Assembly: GCA_904063045.1 (NCBI GenBank)
Contig: CAJFCJ010000070.1
Location: forward strand, 17,358 to 81,357
Reading direction: 5' to 3'
Origin: Dimorphilus gyrociliatus
Taxonomy: Eukaryota > Animalia > Annelida
DNA length: 64,000 nt
Each line of letters opens with the position of its first letter. Position 1 is the first letter of the stretch. The position numbers were made by a program, and so were the translations under genes. Positions 63,247 to 64,000 of the stretch are shown here, one piece after another. The notes under the pieces were generated by a model, which saw only the letters and a program-made list of their open reading frames with translations, searched no databases and was not told where the DNA came from.

Positions 63247-64000
63247 ATATATAAAATAATAACTGAAATACGATTAATTGACTAAGCAATTAAATTTAAC
63301 ATTCAGATTTTTTATCATTAATACCAATAGAAAAATCGGGAAAGTATTTTTTGTAAGAAAAATCTCCCTCTAGTGGCCATTTCCTATTTTACTAAAATAT
63401 TTGAATTTTACATCATAGACAAGTGTTATCGACAAAGAAATACGTTGGTTCATTTTGTTTAAAGTGCTTCAAAATGAATTCGACGAGTCAGAACAAAACT
63501 ACAAACATTTTATATTTTTTTTAAATTGGTGTTTTTTTTTCTTTCTTCTTCTTTTACAGTTTTCTTTTCTGCAAAAAATGAAAAAAAGGAAATTTATAAA
63601 ATCTATATGAGATTTAGAGGAGAAAATTTTCATATTTTAAAAAAGAAATCAACAAAGAAAAGAGAAATTTGCAAGAAAAGTGAATTTTATAAAGATAAAT
63701 CAACTTTGCTAAAATTAAATATAAGATATAAAATTCTATTAAACATTCATAAAAATGAGACAATTGAATGGAAATTTATTGTCAAGGATTTAAAATCAAC
63801 GACACCTGACTCTGAAAGTGTTGAATGCACTAAAAAGGAATTGAATGGTTCATTTTATTGAATAAAATTCTACAAGTTTACATTGAAATTACTTATCCAG
63901 ATTTCATTTTGATTAAAATGTCGCCATTTTTAAAGAAATATCTATTCTTTCAAAATCTTAATAAAATGACTGCATACTTGATTTTATCCAAGACTCATGG

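Noticed and set aside
63526-63861. Lys-rich 111-aa ORF at the window end
   Set aside because: Low-complexity A-rich sequence with no recognisable domain; it may be an exon but cannot be supported here.

Overview
Very AT-rich eukaryotic (animal) genomic DNA with short 50-80 bp GT-AG introns and three N gaps (22700-23303, 46298-46307, 49943-50779). An earthworm-fibrinolytic-enzyme-like protease and the compact introns suggest an annelid/lophotrochozoan (inference; a compact-genome annelid such as Dimorphilus would fit). The left two-thirds is built from recent segmental duplications. (i) A ~15.36 kb direct repeat (1-~7340 matches 15363-22699) carries a giant, decaying cell-surface gene (SRCR/beta-helix/CUB/C-type lectin/EGF/PSI/VWD/cadherin/TM), a MULE remnant with a nested solo-LTR-like insert, and a 6-exon DNase I-like gene. 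(ii) An ~8.1 kb tandem array (24198-31871, 31872-40012, plus a partial third unit at 23304-24197) carries an inverted DNase I-like copy interrupted by a PHD-FLYWCH-MULE transposon, a Gypsy scrap and a ribonuclease-inhibitor-type LRR gene, and ends at an intact BC-box-like LRR gene. The main observation is the DNase I-like family: about 631 aa, no signal peptide, all catalytic motifs present, unexplained N- and C-terminal domains. Its four paralogs have nearly identical introns, yet by hand count essentially every differing codon changes the amino acid, a strong diversifying-selection pattern. The right third is mostly decayed extracellular-domain, TRIM and LRR pseudogenes plus MULE and mariner relics, with one intact lumbrokinase-like serine protease and a partial inverted duplicate of it.
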